Shown: piece after piece, positions 52,508-64,000 of the stretch
Layout: each line of letters opens with the position of its first letter
Numbering within the stretch: the stretch's first letter is position 1
Origin: Guillardia theta CCMP2712
Taxonomy: Eukaryota; Protista; Cryptophyta
NCBI RefSeq assembly: GCF_000315625.1
Contig: NW_005434659.1
Location: 761,848-825,847 of the forward strand
Direction of reading: 5' to 3'
DNA: 64,000 nucleotides
Notes under the pieces: model-generated
What the model was told of the DNA's origin: nothing
The model's input: the letters and a program-made list of their open reading frames with translations, nothing else
Databases searched by the model: none
Program-made: the position numbers and the translations under genes

Positions 52508-55500
52508 CTACAAGCGTATCGCAACCAGTTATCGTAGTCGTGCGACCTCTTCTTTCCTTCGTCTTCCTGGAGTTACCGATATACACACAAATTATCTGGT
52601 TATTTCATCATGGATGATAAGATCCTGCTGCTAGCTGCTGCGCGGCTCTCTCCTGCAACAAGGAAACCATGAGCAACTATAAGCACATTCATTAGCATAT
52701 CATTTCACGTTGAGTCATACACAACATTACATAATGTCATGCGATAGATATCATACGAATATCTCATGTCGGCTCTCATCATCTCATAACGGGTCATACA
52801 AGATAGTATCAAAACAGATCCTATCATATCACATCACAGTGTACCGTATCACATCGTATGATATCATATCAAATCATGTCCTGTCACAACTGATGATTCG
52901 TTTCACCACTAAACTCAAGTTACAATCATCACGATTATCTTATCAGTCATCTAGATTGCAACTCGTTCAAAATTCACCTGTGCGGATACTCATCGAAGTT
53001 TTCAAGCTCACTGAATCATCATCATCAAGTATGAAATGCTGGGACTGTTTGGCCACAAAATCTCTGCAAGGGCATGATGACTGTCAATTCAAGGTGTAAT
53101 ATGACTTACCTCAGACTCTCTGAATGATCGAATCTCCCTACTCCCTTCAAACTCTTAGAGAGAGGAATGCCGACCTGAAAACACGGTGTCAAGCTCTCGA
53201 CGTCGCCTCTTGCAGCACCTGCGACAGGTAGATGTTCTCCAGAGTTTGCAATGTCGTCCTCTTTCCACGTGCTTCTGCTTTCTCTATGATTTTCTGAATG
53301 AAACCGATCAGCACCGAAAATACCTTACTTGGTGCTTCGAGACGAGAAGGACACCAAAACATTTGCAATGGATAGATAGAGGAGAACAGGAAGAAGTGCA
53401 AGGATTGTGTAAGGGACCTTGATGGTTTGGATTAGCCTTCTTTCATTCTCTATCACCGCTTTCCTGTTCATCTCAGGATCAAAACCATCAGAATCATGAA
53501 ATATTTTTCATCTTACTCTCTCTGCTTCATCTGAACATTGGATCCATTATTTCCGCCTCCATTTATTGGCGAACCGTTCTATTGTCATCTTATTCCGGAA
53601 AAGTTTTGGAGGCATCACCTCATATGTGAAGATATTCAGGTCATTTCTTACTTTTACCGAAATGCCTGTCACTTGCACTAGCTGTTCATGACCTGCTATT
53701 TTTGTCAACATACTTGGTATTGAAGTCTAAACAAGATTCTTACGCGAATTTCTGTCGTTCTCCTCGAGTTCATCTGCTTCTGTGAGGCAAAGGAAGAGAA
53801 CATCAGTTCAGTAACATTCCTGAAAGAAGAGACCCACACCTGAGAAAGGCGACTTCACGCCCTCCTGCTCCTTCTTGTCATCTTCCTCTGCTATAAAGTG
53901 TCTCGCAACTTCTCCATCTGCTACTCGGATCGGCGAGATGTTGGAGATTTCACTCAAGTTGTCGGAGGAAGACGATTCGACGTCTACAGCAGCAGCGGCA
54001 GACGTGAGAGGAGCAGCAGGAGCAGCAGGAGGACGACGAGGATTTAGAACGAGCGCAGAGGACGAGGGGAGGGGAGGCTTGAGTTTTCCGCGAAGGAGAG
54101 GAGCGGAGGCAGGACGAGAGGCGCGGGAGGTCTGAGGGTCACGAGGAAGATAAACGACACGGGAAGAGTCCGGTAGAGGGACACGAAGCTCCAGAGACTT
54201 AGCGAGGCAATCCTGAAGAAGTGTAAGAAGAGGCGTTGAGATTTCATGAGACATGACAAGGCAAGATGCAATGCCCAGCAACAAGCACTCATACTCACAC
54301 TCGTCATGATCAGATCTCTTGACGTCGGCCTCTCGGAGGGATTGACGGCAAAACACCTGAAGAAACGATCATGTCAGATCACCCATGAAACAGGGGGATG
54401 AAGGAAAACAAGACAGACGCATCGTCTGCCTCTCACCACATAACATGATTGTTCAGCTTGTCTGAATATCTCTGGGGGAGATGAAGGGTTGCGGCCCTCG
54501 TCTCGATCTCTTCAAGGCTGATGCCGTTCTCTACTCGAGTTCTGTCAAGACCGTGAGCAAGGCGACAGGCTGCCCTCAACATCACATGGTATCGATCTGA
54601 GTGCCTGCAGGAAACGGAGGAGAGAGCAGGGCAAGTTCAAACAGCATACAGCCCAACGACCAGACATCTGCGGTCAACACGTCACGTCTCGCAGACGCAG
54701 AGGAACGGTGGTCAAGAGCAGGAGGTGTGAGTCTCTCCGTCAACATCACCTGCTCTTGCATCGTAAGGGGAATCGTTGGAAACCTCCGGCGCCATGTAGG
54801 CAACTGTGCCACATCTGCACGACGAACGGTGTGAATGTAAGAGAACTAAAGTTTGAGAGAAGCGAGGAGAAACAACGAGGGAGCGAGCGGTCAAATCGTT
54901 CGAAACGTCAACTCGCCTTCCTGTCCTCATTCGGCCCTGCACGTTAGCCAGGGATGTGTCGACGGCTATTCCAAGGTCCGCGATCTTGAAGTTGTCTGCA
55001 GCAGAGATCAGGGCTCACCGGAGGAGGAGGGGGGGAAGCACCATCGGCGGTTACGAGGATGTTGGCGGGTTTGATGTCTCGGTGGATGACCCTCAAGTCA
55101 TGCAGAGAGCACAAGCCTGACCCAACTTGCAAGAGACATTTCCAGATCATCTGAACCATGTCAAGACAGAGACCGCAGGAGATCTCAACGTCGCACACCT
55201 GCTCGTCGAAGAACAGCCCCCGAGACTTCACGTCGGCGATGAGAGAGGAGACAGAGCCTTTCTCCGCATGCTCCATCACGATGAAGATGCAGGGATGTTT
55301 CCCCTCCTCCTTCTGCATGAAGCTCGTGTAGTACCGGACGAAGTGAGCGCTGCGTAAGCGCGACATCAGCTTGATCTCCCGCATCACGTTGTCCCGCTCG
55401 GCCTTGGCGATTGCGCTATCAAGCCTTTAGAGCTGATAGCACGAAGGAGAAATGATAGAGGAGAGGAGACAGCAGAGAAGAGGGAAAAACTTCAAGACAG

Positions 55501-56117
55501 CAGAGAGGAGGGTGGTAGAGGTAAGTCAACCTGAAACGCTCGCTCGAAGGAGCAGGAGATTTACTTCCGAGGACGATCCTTTTCAATACACGAGGCGATT
55601 GATCATGCCGCAGCTTCGCCAGGAAGACATTCGCGCTTCCACCTTGACCGAGCTTGGCGATCACTTGGTAGTCTTGAAGAGAAGATCCTACATCTGAAAA
55701 GACACAAATGCGAGTATGAGACTCCTGCACCACGTTCACCGCTCTCCTGTTACCGAGACCGTCTGCTTCTTGCCCAGCTTCAAGACCATTCCTTCCTAGC
55801 GCATCAGTCTTTCTGTACATGTATGCAGACGTAGGCCTGACAGGCTTCTTCCTGCTGAGATCTGACACCGCCACCTTCATCTCTGCTGCCTCCTTCGACA
55901 TCCCCACGACACAGAATGCTGAGTTGCCACCTCCAGCTGAGTTGCCACCTCCAGCTCGAGCAGACAAGGGTCGGAGATGCTCCGTCCTCGTATGGTTGGC
56001 AAACGGCTCACGGGCAGAAAGTGGACGAGCAGATCGAAACCCAGCAGACACTGTCTGGCAGTCTTTGCTCCTCTTTACGAAGCTCCCCTTCATGTCTCCT
56101 GCTGCCGCTGTCTTCAC
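52508..56117 (-). CDS. NIMA-related (NEK) Ser/Thr protein kinase
   Basis: DYQVIAKLGQGGSANVFLA, VLKRI, REIKLMSRLRSAHFVRYYTSF, IVMEHAEKG, IWKCLLQVGSGLCSLHDLRVIHRDIKPANIL, FKIADLG, CGTVAYMAPE and DVWSLGCMLFELALLSPPF, with a long C-terminal tail. The 3' end is approximate. Confidence 0.88.
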
Positions 56118-56481
56118 TGAATTCCCCTATTCTTCTCTCCCACCCTGACTTTCAGTCTGTTCTGCCTGCCTCTGAAGCTCTCCGCTCACCTTCCTTCACC
56201 TTCTTCCCTTCCTCCCTCCCCTCCTTCACTGCTTCCCCTCCCTGCCATCGCACAGTTCGGTTTGACTTCCGATGAAAATGTCGGGGACAGGCAGGAACCT
56301 AGTAGCTTTCAACTTCTGTCCCCTCCTTCTCCTACTGGATACAGTGAGGCGGACTTCTACATTGCGTATCATTCACCAGATCATTCACCCGGAACCGAGC
56401 CTCGGAGGCAGGCCCGGTCCGGGCTCGGACGGCAACTCAGTCCGATCACAGAGTCAGGCAACAGCCGAGTGACGGTCTGAC

Positions 56482-56627
56482 GATAGATTCGAACAAGACC
56501 TTCAATGACTTACTACATCTTTGAGTCAAGATATAGATTCGAACAAGACCTTACTCACTACATCTTGGAGTCAAGATATAGATTCGAACAAGACCTTACT
56601 CACTACCCTGATCTTTGAGTCAAGATA
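56482..56627. repeat. Three-copy ~45 bp minisatellite
   Basis: Unit gatatagattcgaacaagaccttactcactacatcttggagtcaa repeated with small indels, just downstream of the DNA-PKcs stop. Confidence 0.9.
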
Positions 56628-56649
56628 TCACTTCACTCAGCTCTCAGTC

Positions 56650-59600
56650 TTAGACGTAAGGACTCCATCCCTCAAAGGCTCTGCAGGATCAACGAAATGC
56701 GATCAGTTCTCCCTCCTCTCCCTCGGTTGACGTACCGGGCAAGAATGTCTCTTGATGTTGCTATCTCCAGCAGCGAATCAGCTTGCTCGAAGGAGCTCAG
56801 ACTGGCGGAATGGCTGCCAGTGCCAGCCTCTTCCTCGACCTTGTCGATGAGGCGAGCTAAGTTCTGATGCGCACTTGTCACTCTCCCATTCCTTGTCACT
56901 TGTTCTCTCAGGATTGAGAATGGATTCCGTCCTTCCAACTTTCCTTTGACATCCTATCACTGCGTCAGAGCTCTCATCTCACACTGACGACCTCACTTTG
57001 ACGATGTCGTCCACGTCTATCATCAGGCTCAGAACGGGATCTTTCGCAAACAGCGACAAAAGGTTCAAGAGAGCTGTCCGCGAGCCTCGGAGCGTCTGAA
57101 GCACCCTTGCCATCGTGTGCTTCATGCTGCCTTTCCCATCAACAGGGTGAAGAATCCCCAAGAACTGCAGGAAGAGGTCAAGATCAAAGTATTCACTTCC
57201 TCTCCCTCACTTGTGGCGTCATGCGGAAGGGCACGAGCTCAGGGATAGGCAGTCTGATAGTTGCAAAGCCGAGGGCATAACCGAAGTCGATCCCTAAGAT
57301 TCGTCCATCCTTGAGCACGAGAGAGTTTTTCAGATGCCTGTCTCCTGCATGGTCGTGAATATCCTCCTCCTCCTCCTCCTCCTCCTCCTCCTCCTCCCCA
57401 TCATTATCATCCTCCTCCTCATCATCATCATCGTTATCATCATCATCATCATCGTCGTCTTCGTCGTTGTGAAAGAGCATGAGGATCGTCACCTATTCCC
57501 ACGATGTAATGACACGAATTCATGGTTGCAAGGGTCTTGATAAAATTTGATCTCATGGTGTATTCCTCCTGCCATTTATACATCATCTTCGTCAGACTGC
57601 AACACAACAGTACACCTTTGCACTTCTTGCATCAGTCAGCAAAGATTTTCGAAAGTATAAAGGATCTTGCATGGCAACGACTTCATTGAAAGCTGTTGTG
57701 AGGTCATGGAGACTTTTCTCACTACTGATAGTATGGAGCCATGTTTTTTGTGAGATTTTCTCCATGAACTTCTTTCCCTGCTCATTCAAGACCCTACCAG
57801 GAGCATGTTAGCAGAGACAAGATATCGCGAAAAAGCTTGATACGTTTTGTCGACGAAGCTCTCGAGTGGTTTAGATTGTCCCACAAACTCAATGATGCCA
57901 GCATGCTTACTCAGTGTTACAATGGAGTACGTGAGAAGATGAAGACTTTTCTTGGAGCAGTTCACGTCTGAGAGCATCAGTCGATTCATCACTCCGAACA
58001 CCTGTTGCAACCGTTCGTCTAGTCTCAGATCTTCACCGCACTTCACTATCCACCCATATTCCTTCCCGTCCGATCCTCTCATTGTAACTCCCACTGGGCG
58101 TTGCTTGGACGGAAAGAAGTTGATTCTGTCGTCAAAAGACATCAACCTTGGAAAGTGAGACTCTGATGGAACTCTTCTGCTTCCGAGAGCTTGGTAAGGA
58201 ATAACTAGGCTTTTCTCCTCTTCAAACGTTCCCTCGAATCGTGAGAGGTGCGTTGAAAACAACCTCAAGGTTGAACTTTTCAAAGCTAAGGGCTTCAAAA
58301 ACTTCACCTCGTTTCCAAGCGTTCTAGCTCCACTTTTCTGTGACAGTGCATGGATCATTTTAGCGATGTTCTCGTCTTCTCTCATCATTTTCCCCCTTAT
58401 TTCACTCATCTTGGGTTGGTCGACGAATGATTTGTTCAGATATGATATTATCTGACTGTCTTCTGGATTGAGTTTGTTTCCTCCGGGTTTCAACCTCTTG
58501 AGAACTTCATTGATCTGCAACCTCGGATCTTGCAGGAGGTGCATGGCATCCCGAACTTCTTCGATAGACTCCACTTTTTGTTTGATGTGGCTGAAGAGAT
58601 GGTCGAGAAAAGAATCTGTCTCAGTTCCGAATACTGTTTGAAACGCCAAATACACTGCTTGTGGGTAGTGCTTCGACAATTCTTGGATGAAATATGAAGT
58701 GAGCTCGTCGTCCTTGTTTCGATGAAACTTGTGATGAAGATACACAAGTTGCTGCAACCATTGTATGAGAGGTTGGACTGAAAATCCCCTGGATTTGAAC
58801 AACTGCTTTACACTAGCCCTAGTTTTTTGATCAATATTCTCTATGACCTCAAGAAATCGGGGAAGGTTGTAGTTTGCCTTTTCACAACCATATTCAACGG
58901 CTGACAACAAGCTGTCAAAGAAGAAGTTCAAGAATGTTTCGTCATACGCATGTTTTCCTGTTTGTGAATGTTTGTTTTGATTGCTTTCTTTCATCTGATT
59001 ATCACAGAAGAGAGCGGCAAGGAAGTTTGTTTTTGCCATGTACTTTAGCTTGATCCCAGCATTCTTTGCAAGATCCTTACTGCCGTCAATTGCTTCTCTA
59101 AAGGTTTTGAGTGCATTTTCATTCTCTCCCATTGTTTCGTAGACATGTGCCATCCGGAGCAAGCACTTGATTCGCCATGGCACACCATCGCGTTCTCCAG
59201 CTGAATCATTCAATGAAACATGATGCACTAACGCAGATAAATGCTCCTTTTCAGCAATGCTCTGATTTGACTTCACAATGCAGTCTAACTTTACCTTTCT
59301 GGACCTATACTCGCAGCTTGTTGATACCTTCCCTAACTGCTCTGCGACTCCTGAAGCAGCATAATTTTTACATCGTGCGAACCCAGTCGCAAACTTCATT
59401 GCGATTTGCGACTTCATCTCATCACACAATCTCTGAGTTTGAATGCACTCAGAGGTCAGGCTAGAAGACTCAGCATGTCTGAGAAAGATGTATCTCCCTA
59501 GCAAGATCTGATCCCATCCTAATTCCATACTTCTCCAAGTGCTCTTTGGTTGTCGCTTGCTCCACCTGGCAAGTAGCCTCTCAAACTCCTGCACATTGCC

Positions 59601-62600
59601 AATCGAGTGTAAGTACTCGTCGAGCTCGACGAGTCTCTGAAGCTCTATGATCCTCTTGATCTTCATATCTTCTCCGAGACCAATACTTTCTTCCCATGAG
59701 TTGCAAAGGTGCGTGATTCCACTTCTTACAATCTCCTCGCACTCAACTTGTTGTGAGTTCTTTAGCAAGCTTGCAAGGGAATGCTCGAAACAATATTCTT
59801 TTTGTGTTCGTTCTGACTTAAAGAACGCCTTTGAGAGACAATTTGTCGAGTCCTGAGAGTCCCCAAAAGTATCGAAGTCCCGGAAGATATTTCCAACTTG
59901 ACATTGCAAGAAACTTTGCAAAACTTTCCAGTTTTCTAATTTCAACAATTCCACTTCAAAGCCACTTATGCTTTCACTATTTGTATCTTCAGAGGTGTGC
60001 TGATCTTTGATTCTCTTTTCCAACGTTGAGAATTGCAGGCTCTTGAGCAAACTTTCTTGAAACCCTCGTTCACAGATGTCAGCCATTTCTCTTGCAATGC
60101 TGTCCCCGGCCAGCAATGTTTCGTAATGTGATATTGCTTCCTCATACCTGCGATCAATCTTGAGGTTCAGAGCAATCAATGCCTTGCTCTCTCTTCCGAA
60201 TGCCGTCAGGTACTTCTCGTAGACCCCGATCTCCATGTCACTCTCTTCAAGTAGGGAATATAACATGGAGAGTGACTGCCATGTAGACTGGGGAGTTGAT
60301 AGTTTCCTCTTCTCAGCTTTTGCAGGTCTTTCTTCTTCTGAGATTGATTCGGAATCTTCAAGCTTCAATATTCCATCATAGATGCACTGTGAATGATTTC
60401 TGCAGACAGCAACAAGAAGTCTGGAATCGACATCGAGATTCATCTTTCTTGCAATGCTCACCAAGGTTGAAACAACCATGGGAGATTGAAAGGAATCAAG
60501 GTTCAAAGCATTCACCAGCGGTTGTTGGAGGAGCTTGATGAAATTTGTTTGGTATTCGTTGTTTTTCTTCAAAACTACATCCACGAATTCTAGAATCACG
60601 ATTTGACACAACTGAGAGTCTTGGTAGGTTGCCTGCTGCAAGAGTTGAATCAGATCAGATTGCTTGATCTCAATGAAAGGAACATCTCCCTGAAAGTAAC
60701 TTCGAGACAGATAGATTTTTGATTTTCTTTTCAGCTCTGCTTGCTCCCTTCGACGAGAAATTTCTTTGGCTTTTGCACAGCGGATTCTTTCAAGGTATGA
60801 TGCATGCTTGCCCTTCAGTGAATTCACTCGAAGTGGCTTTCGGTTTGGACATCTCCATCTCTGCAATCTTTCAAAAGTCTGTGCAAACTCGCGGTTGAGT
60901 TTGGAACGTGACTTCACGGAAGGATCGTCGTGGCAGTCATCGAGCTCCATTGCGTCAAATGAGTTGAAGGTAGACTCGTTCTCCGTCGAGAAGTTCAGGC
61001 AGTCCAGAGTGAACGACTGACTCTCAAATGTCGAGGGAGTGAGAGAAGAGGACTGGGAGACTTTCAACTCCCTGAACTCGACTCCCCTGCAAAGAGGTGC
61101 GTCGAAAGTTTGGAATTGGAATCATCGTACATCTGCAAGATACAATGACTGAAAGTTCGTAGCCAGATCTCTCCGGAGCCCCTCTCGTTGGCACGTGAGA
61201 AGTCTGTGAGGACTCGAAGCAACAAGTCAAGCGGTTGATTGTTTTTGATCTTACTGCAGTACCAAGTCAAAAAGAAACTCCGCACCTCTCCGTTTGGATC
61301 TCCAAGCGACGACATCAGATAAGCGAGTACTTGCTCCCGAAGACAAGTCTGCTCAAGGCTCAACAACCTCTCAAACACATCATGCAAGGTTATGAAGTAA
61401 TGGATTCGAAGGTTGTCAGATGATTGACAGAATGCTTTGTGATGCACTAAAGTACTCTGGATGATTGCAGCGAGCTGCTCGAGATCAATGGTTTGGAGAA
61501 GAGCACTCGCGGGTTTCTCTTTGTCTGCTAATGGATTCTCTCCTCGTCCATTTAAAAGGCGAAAGAAATTCTCGTCTGCTTCATGGCCCTTCAAGATGGC
61601 TGTTTTGACGTCCATTGCTATTTCTTGCAGTTGGTCATTTTTGATATCTGGAGCATGATTATCGTGATTCACATCCTTGAGACTTTGCAGGTACTTCACT
61701 TGGAGGCGTTTGATATCAAGTTTCTGCGAAAGCATTTCATGAATATTCTTTTCATGCACTCTGAGGTAAGAATGTGACAATACTGCTGCTTTAGGATACC
61801 TCTCGCACAAACTGCGAACCCTAATGACAAGTTGATCGACTGTTCCCTTTCTGGCCAGGCTTTTCAGCTTATCCCCCACCTGCTTCTCCATATACTTTCG
61901 TTCCTGATTCCCCATCAGAGCCATCCATGCACCGCACAGCGAACTTGGATGTCGAACCAGCAATTTTGAATTCAATTTTTCTTTCTCTGAATTCGTCTCT
62001 TGTGAAGGTAGCATGAAAGAGGCGAGATAATCTCCAATGTCCTTCATAAGATTCGACAAGTTGCTGTCTGTGAGATTGACAAGTGCTCCTGGTTTTTTTT
62101 CTCTCTCGTTTTCCTCAACACCGCAAACACACAATTGAAAGCGAAGTCCCATTATCACAGAGTTGTTTTTGCGTTTTTCATAAAGATCTCTAATCTTGGT
62201 CAACATACCTTTCAAATCTTCAACTGTTGCATATTCCCTCCAGCTTGACAAGAAGTTTGTGAACGTCGGGTATAAGGAATCGTTTTCGCTAGACGTGTCG
62301 ATCATTTCTATATTATACGTCATCAGATCACGAAGGAATGACCAGCATCGTGATGCTTCCTTGGTACTTAGCGTCTGTAGTGACAGCTCTTTGTAAGAGA
62401 ACCAAAGTCTTTGCGTCTCTGTAACAAGAACCATGGCATACCTTATCTTTGTGGATCCATTTTCTTGGTTTTCCTGGATTAAGTATGTTTCAGTTTCAAA
62501 GAAGACTTGGAGTATGTTTTCCCGATGATTTTTCAAGACAGCTGGATTTCGATTAAGCTTTAAATAATTGATAATCAATTTGAAAAAGAAGATCTTGGTA

Positions 62601-64000
62601 ATTTTCTTTTCTTGCATCTGGTCTTGAATTGTAGAAAATATATCGTTCAAGATCAAATTTATCTTATCGAGATCATCATTGTACAATTGTTCAAAACTGA
62701 GAAGTGCAAAGCACAGGGAATGCATACACTCATTCTCGTCAAGACGATCTCCATGGATGCAGAAGTTCAGATCGTATGGAGCTGACTTTTCAATAGCTTG
62801 GACATTTCTAGTTCGAAATTGTTTTTGCCAATCATTTAACACTTCTTGACTGGGTTCGAAAGTTGACTGACTGGATGATTTTGAGTTGTCTTGAAAATTT
62901 TCATCATGCTTGAGGTCAGTCTCATTGTCCTCTCCGAAGTAACTTATCATGGATTCTGATGGTTCATACGGCCTTGTTTCACCATTGATGATAAAGTTCC
63001 AATCCCATTTCTTGACCAAGATTTCAAAAAACAATTCTGGTTCAAATTGTGTACGTGCAAATATGATTGATAAGGTACTTTGACATGCCTGATAAAATTC
63101 TCTAGCGAGACTTCCATCTTCTGAGGGTAATGGTAAATTGCAAACTCTCTCTAAACCCTTAATCAAGGCTATGGAGATATCATCTTGGGATTGTTGTGAC
63201 TTGAGATAAACCAACTTTACAACATGCAACAAGCATATGATTTTGTTCTGGTCACTTTGAGAAAATTTTTCTGCTGCAATCAATGAATTTGCACCATTCG
63301 TGATCATTCGAAAACATTTTTGAAACAAAGACACCACACTGGCTTCCTTCATCGTTGCATATCCCCTCATGCAAAGCTCTTTCAAGGTCCACCTGCATCC
63401 TTGCCCTTTATCACTTCCACATTGGATCCACTGACTCTCAACAAGAGTGTACATAGCATCCTCTTGCTCTTCTTCTGACAACTTTGCAAAGAAGATATCC
63501 AAGACGTGATGAACATCTGCCTTGGTCTTTTCTGTGCACTCAGCAGCTGAGGCGAAAAATGAAGTCATGACCTCTAGTGCCTCGATCTTGTCCGTGTTTG
63601 CAATAAATCGTATGATTTGTGCTATGCATGACTCTCTTTCTTGATTCGAAATCTTGGAAAGCTCAGGATTTAAATATCCTTTGAGAGATTGTATGATCAT
63701 GGTCCTGTCACAATCAAACCGCAATAGATTGAAAAGCATAGGCAGCAAGGTTGTAAGTTCTTCAAAGAGCGGTTTGCGTTCAAGAAATGCACACAACCAT
63801 TTTTGGCAGGAAATAATGAACTTGCCTGTTTCTGAACTCTGTTTGTCATTAATGACAAAGTTTAGAAGATCACTGATCAAGCGAATCAAATCCAAAGATT
63901 GCTGACGTGACACACTTAGCATATTAAATAGTGTCTCTTTTGCAATGATGCAGCTGCAGGATATTGTTTTTACGAGAGATTTTCCCTCTTGATGCAATCT
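56650..64000 (-). CDS. PRKDC: DNA-dependent protein kinase catalytic subunit (PIKK family), 3' portion; gene continues past the window end
   Basis: HEAT/FAT-like long exons, then [84 protein letters not shown] and [31 protein letters not shown]-stop. These motifs fit DNA-PKcs better than ATM, ATR or TOR. Confidence 0.9.

Noticed and set aside
29123-56117. Possible cilia or sensory gene cluster (channel, BBS12-like, NEK)
   Set aside because: The genes are interspersed with unrelated ones and such functions are common in flagellate genomes; there is no evidence of co-regulation.
56482-56627. Repeat array resembling a CRISPR
   Set aside because: Units are contiguous with no unique spacers, there are no cas genes and the context is eukaryotic; it is a minisatellite.
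61095-61120. Programmed -1 ribosomal frameshift in DNA-PKcs
   Set aside because: No canonical X XXY YYZ slippery heptamer is present; an intron or a sequencing error explains the break more simply.

Overview
Eukaryotic nuclear DNA, gene-dense, with many short (about 45-60 nt) GT-AG introns, triplet and hexamer microsatellites and two 100-N scaffold gaps. Bipartite ER-signal plus ASAF-type plastid presequences and the intron style point to an alga with a complex red-derived plastid, most likely a cryptophyte such as Guillardia (inference, not a database result). About 17 protein genes and one tRNA-Asp were built by manual splicing. They include beta-carbonic anhydrase, a multi-FKBP/TPR immunophilin, a class I cyclic-nucleotide phosphodiesterase, two plastid-targeted proteins, a large TSP1/EGF/lectin secreted protein, a Rad21/Rec8 kleisin, two tandem BRI3-like genes, ribosomal protein eL38, a BBS12-like chaperonin, an SRF-type MADS factor, a NEK kinase and the 3' half of DNA-PKcs. 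Three items stand out. (1) A ~10.8 kb gene (29.1-39.9 kb, minus) joins a signal peptide, an RCC1 propeller, about 12 IPT/TIG domains and a nested Reelin-like repeat to an OSCA/TMC-type channel, a candidate tethered mechano- or ligand-gated receptor-channel. (2) eL38 carries an ER signal peptide and a leader ending in LRLRGG, the ubiquitin C-terminus, exactly at the start of the ribosomal domain; a second gene here has signal peptide plus LTLRGG, suggesting a ubiquitin-mimic processing signal for periplastid import. (3) DNA-PKcs has a frame break that can be read either as a 1-nt deletion or as a 44-nt intron made from former coding sequence. Domain calls come from remembered motif similarity and exon boundaries are manual, so both need HMM and RNA-seq confirmation.
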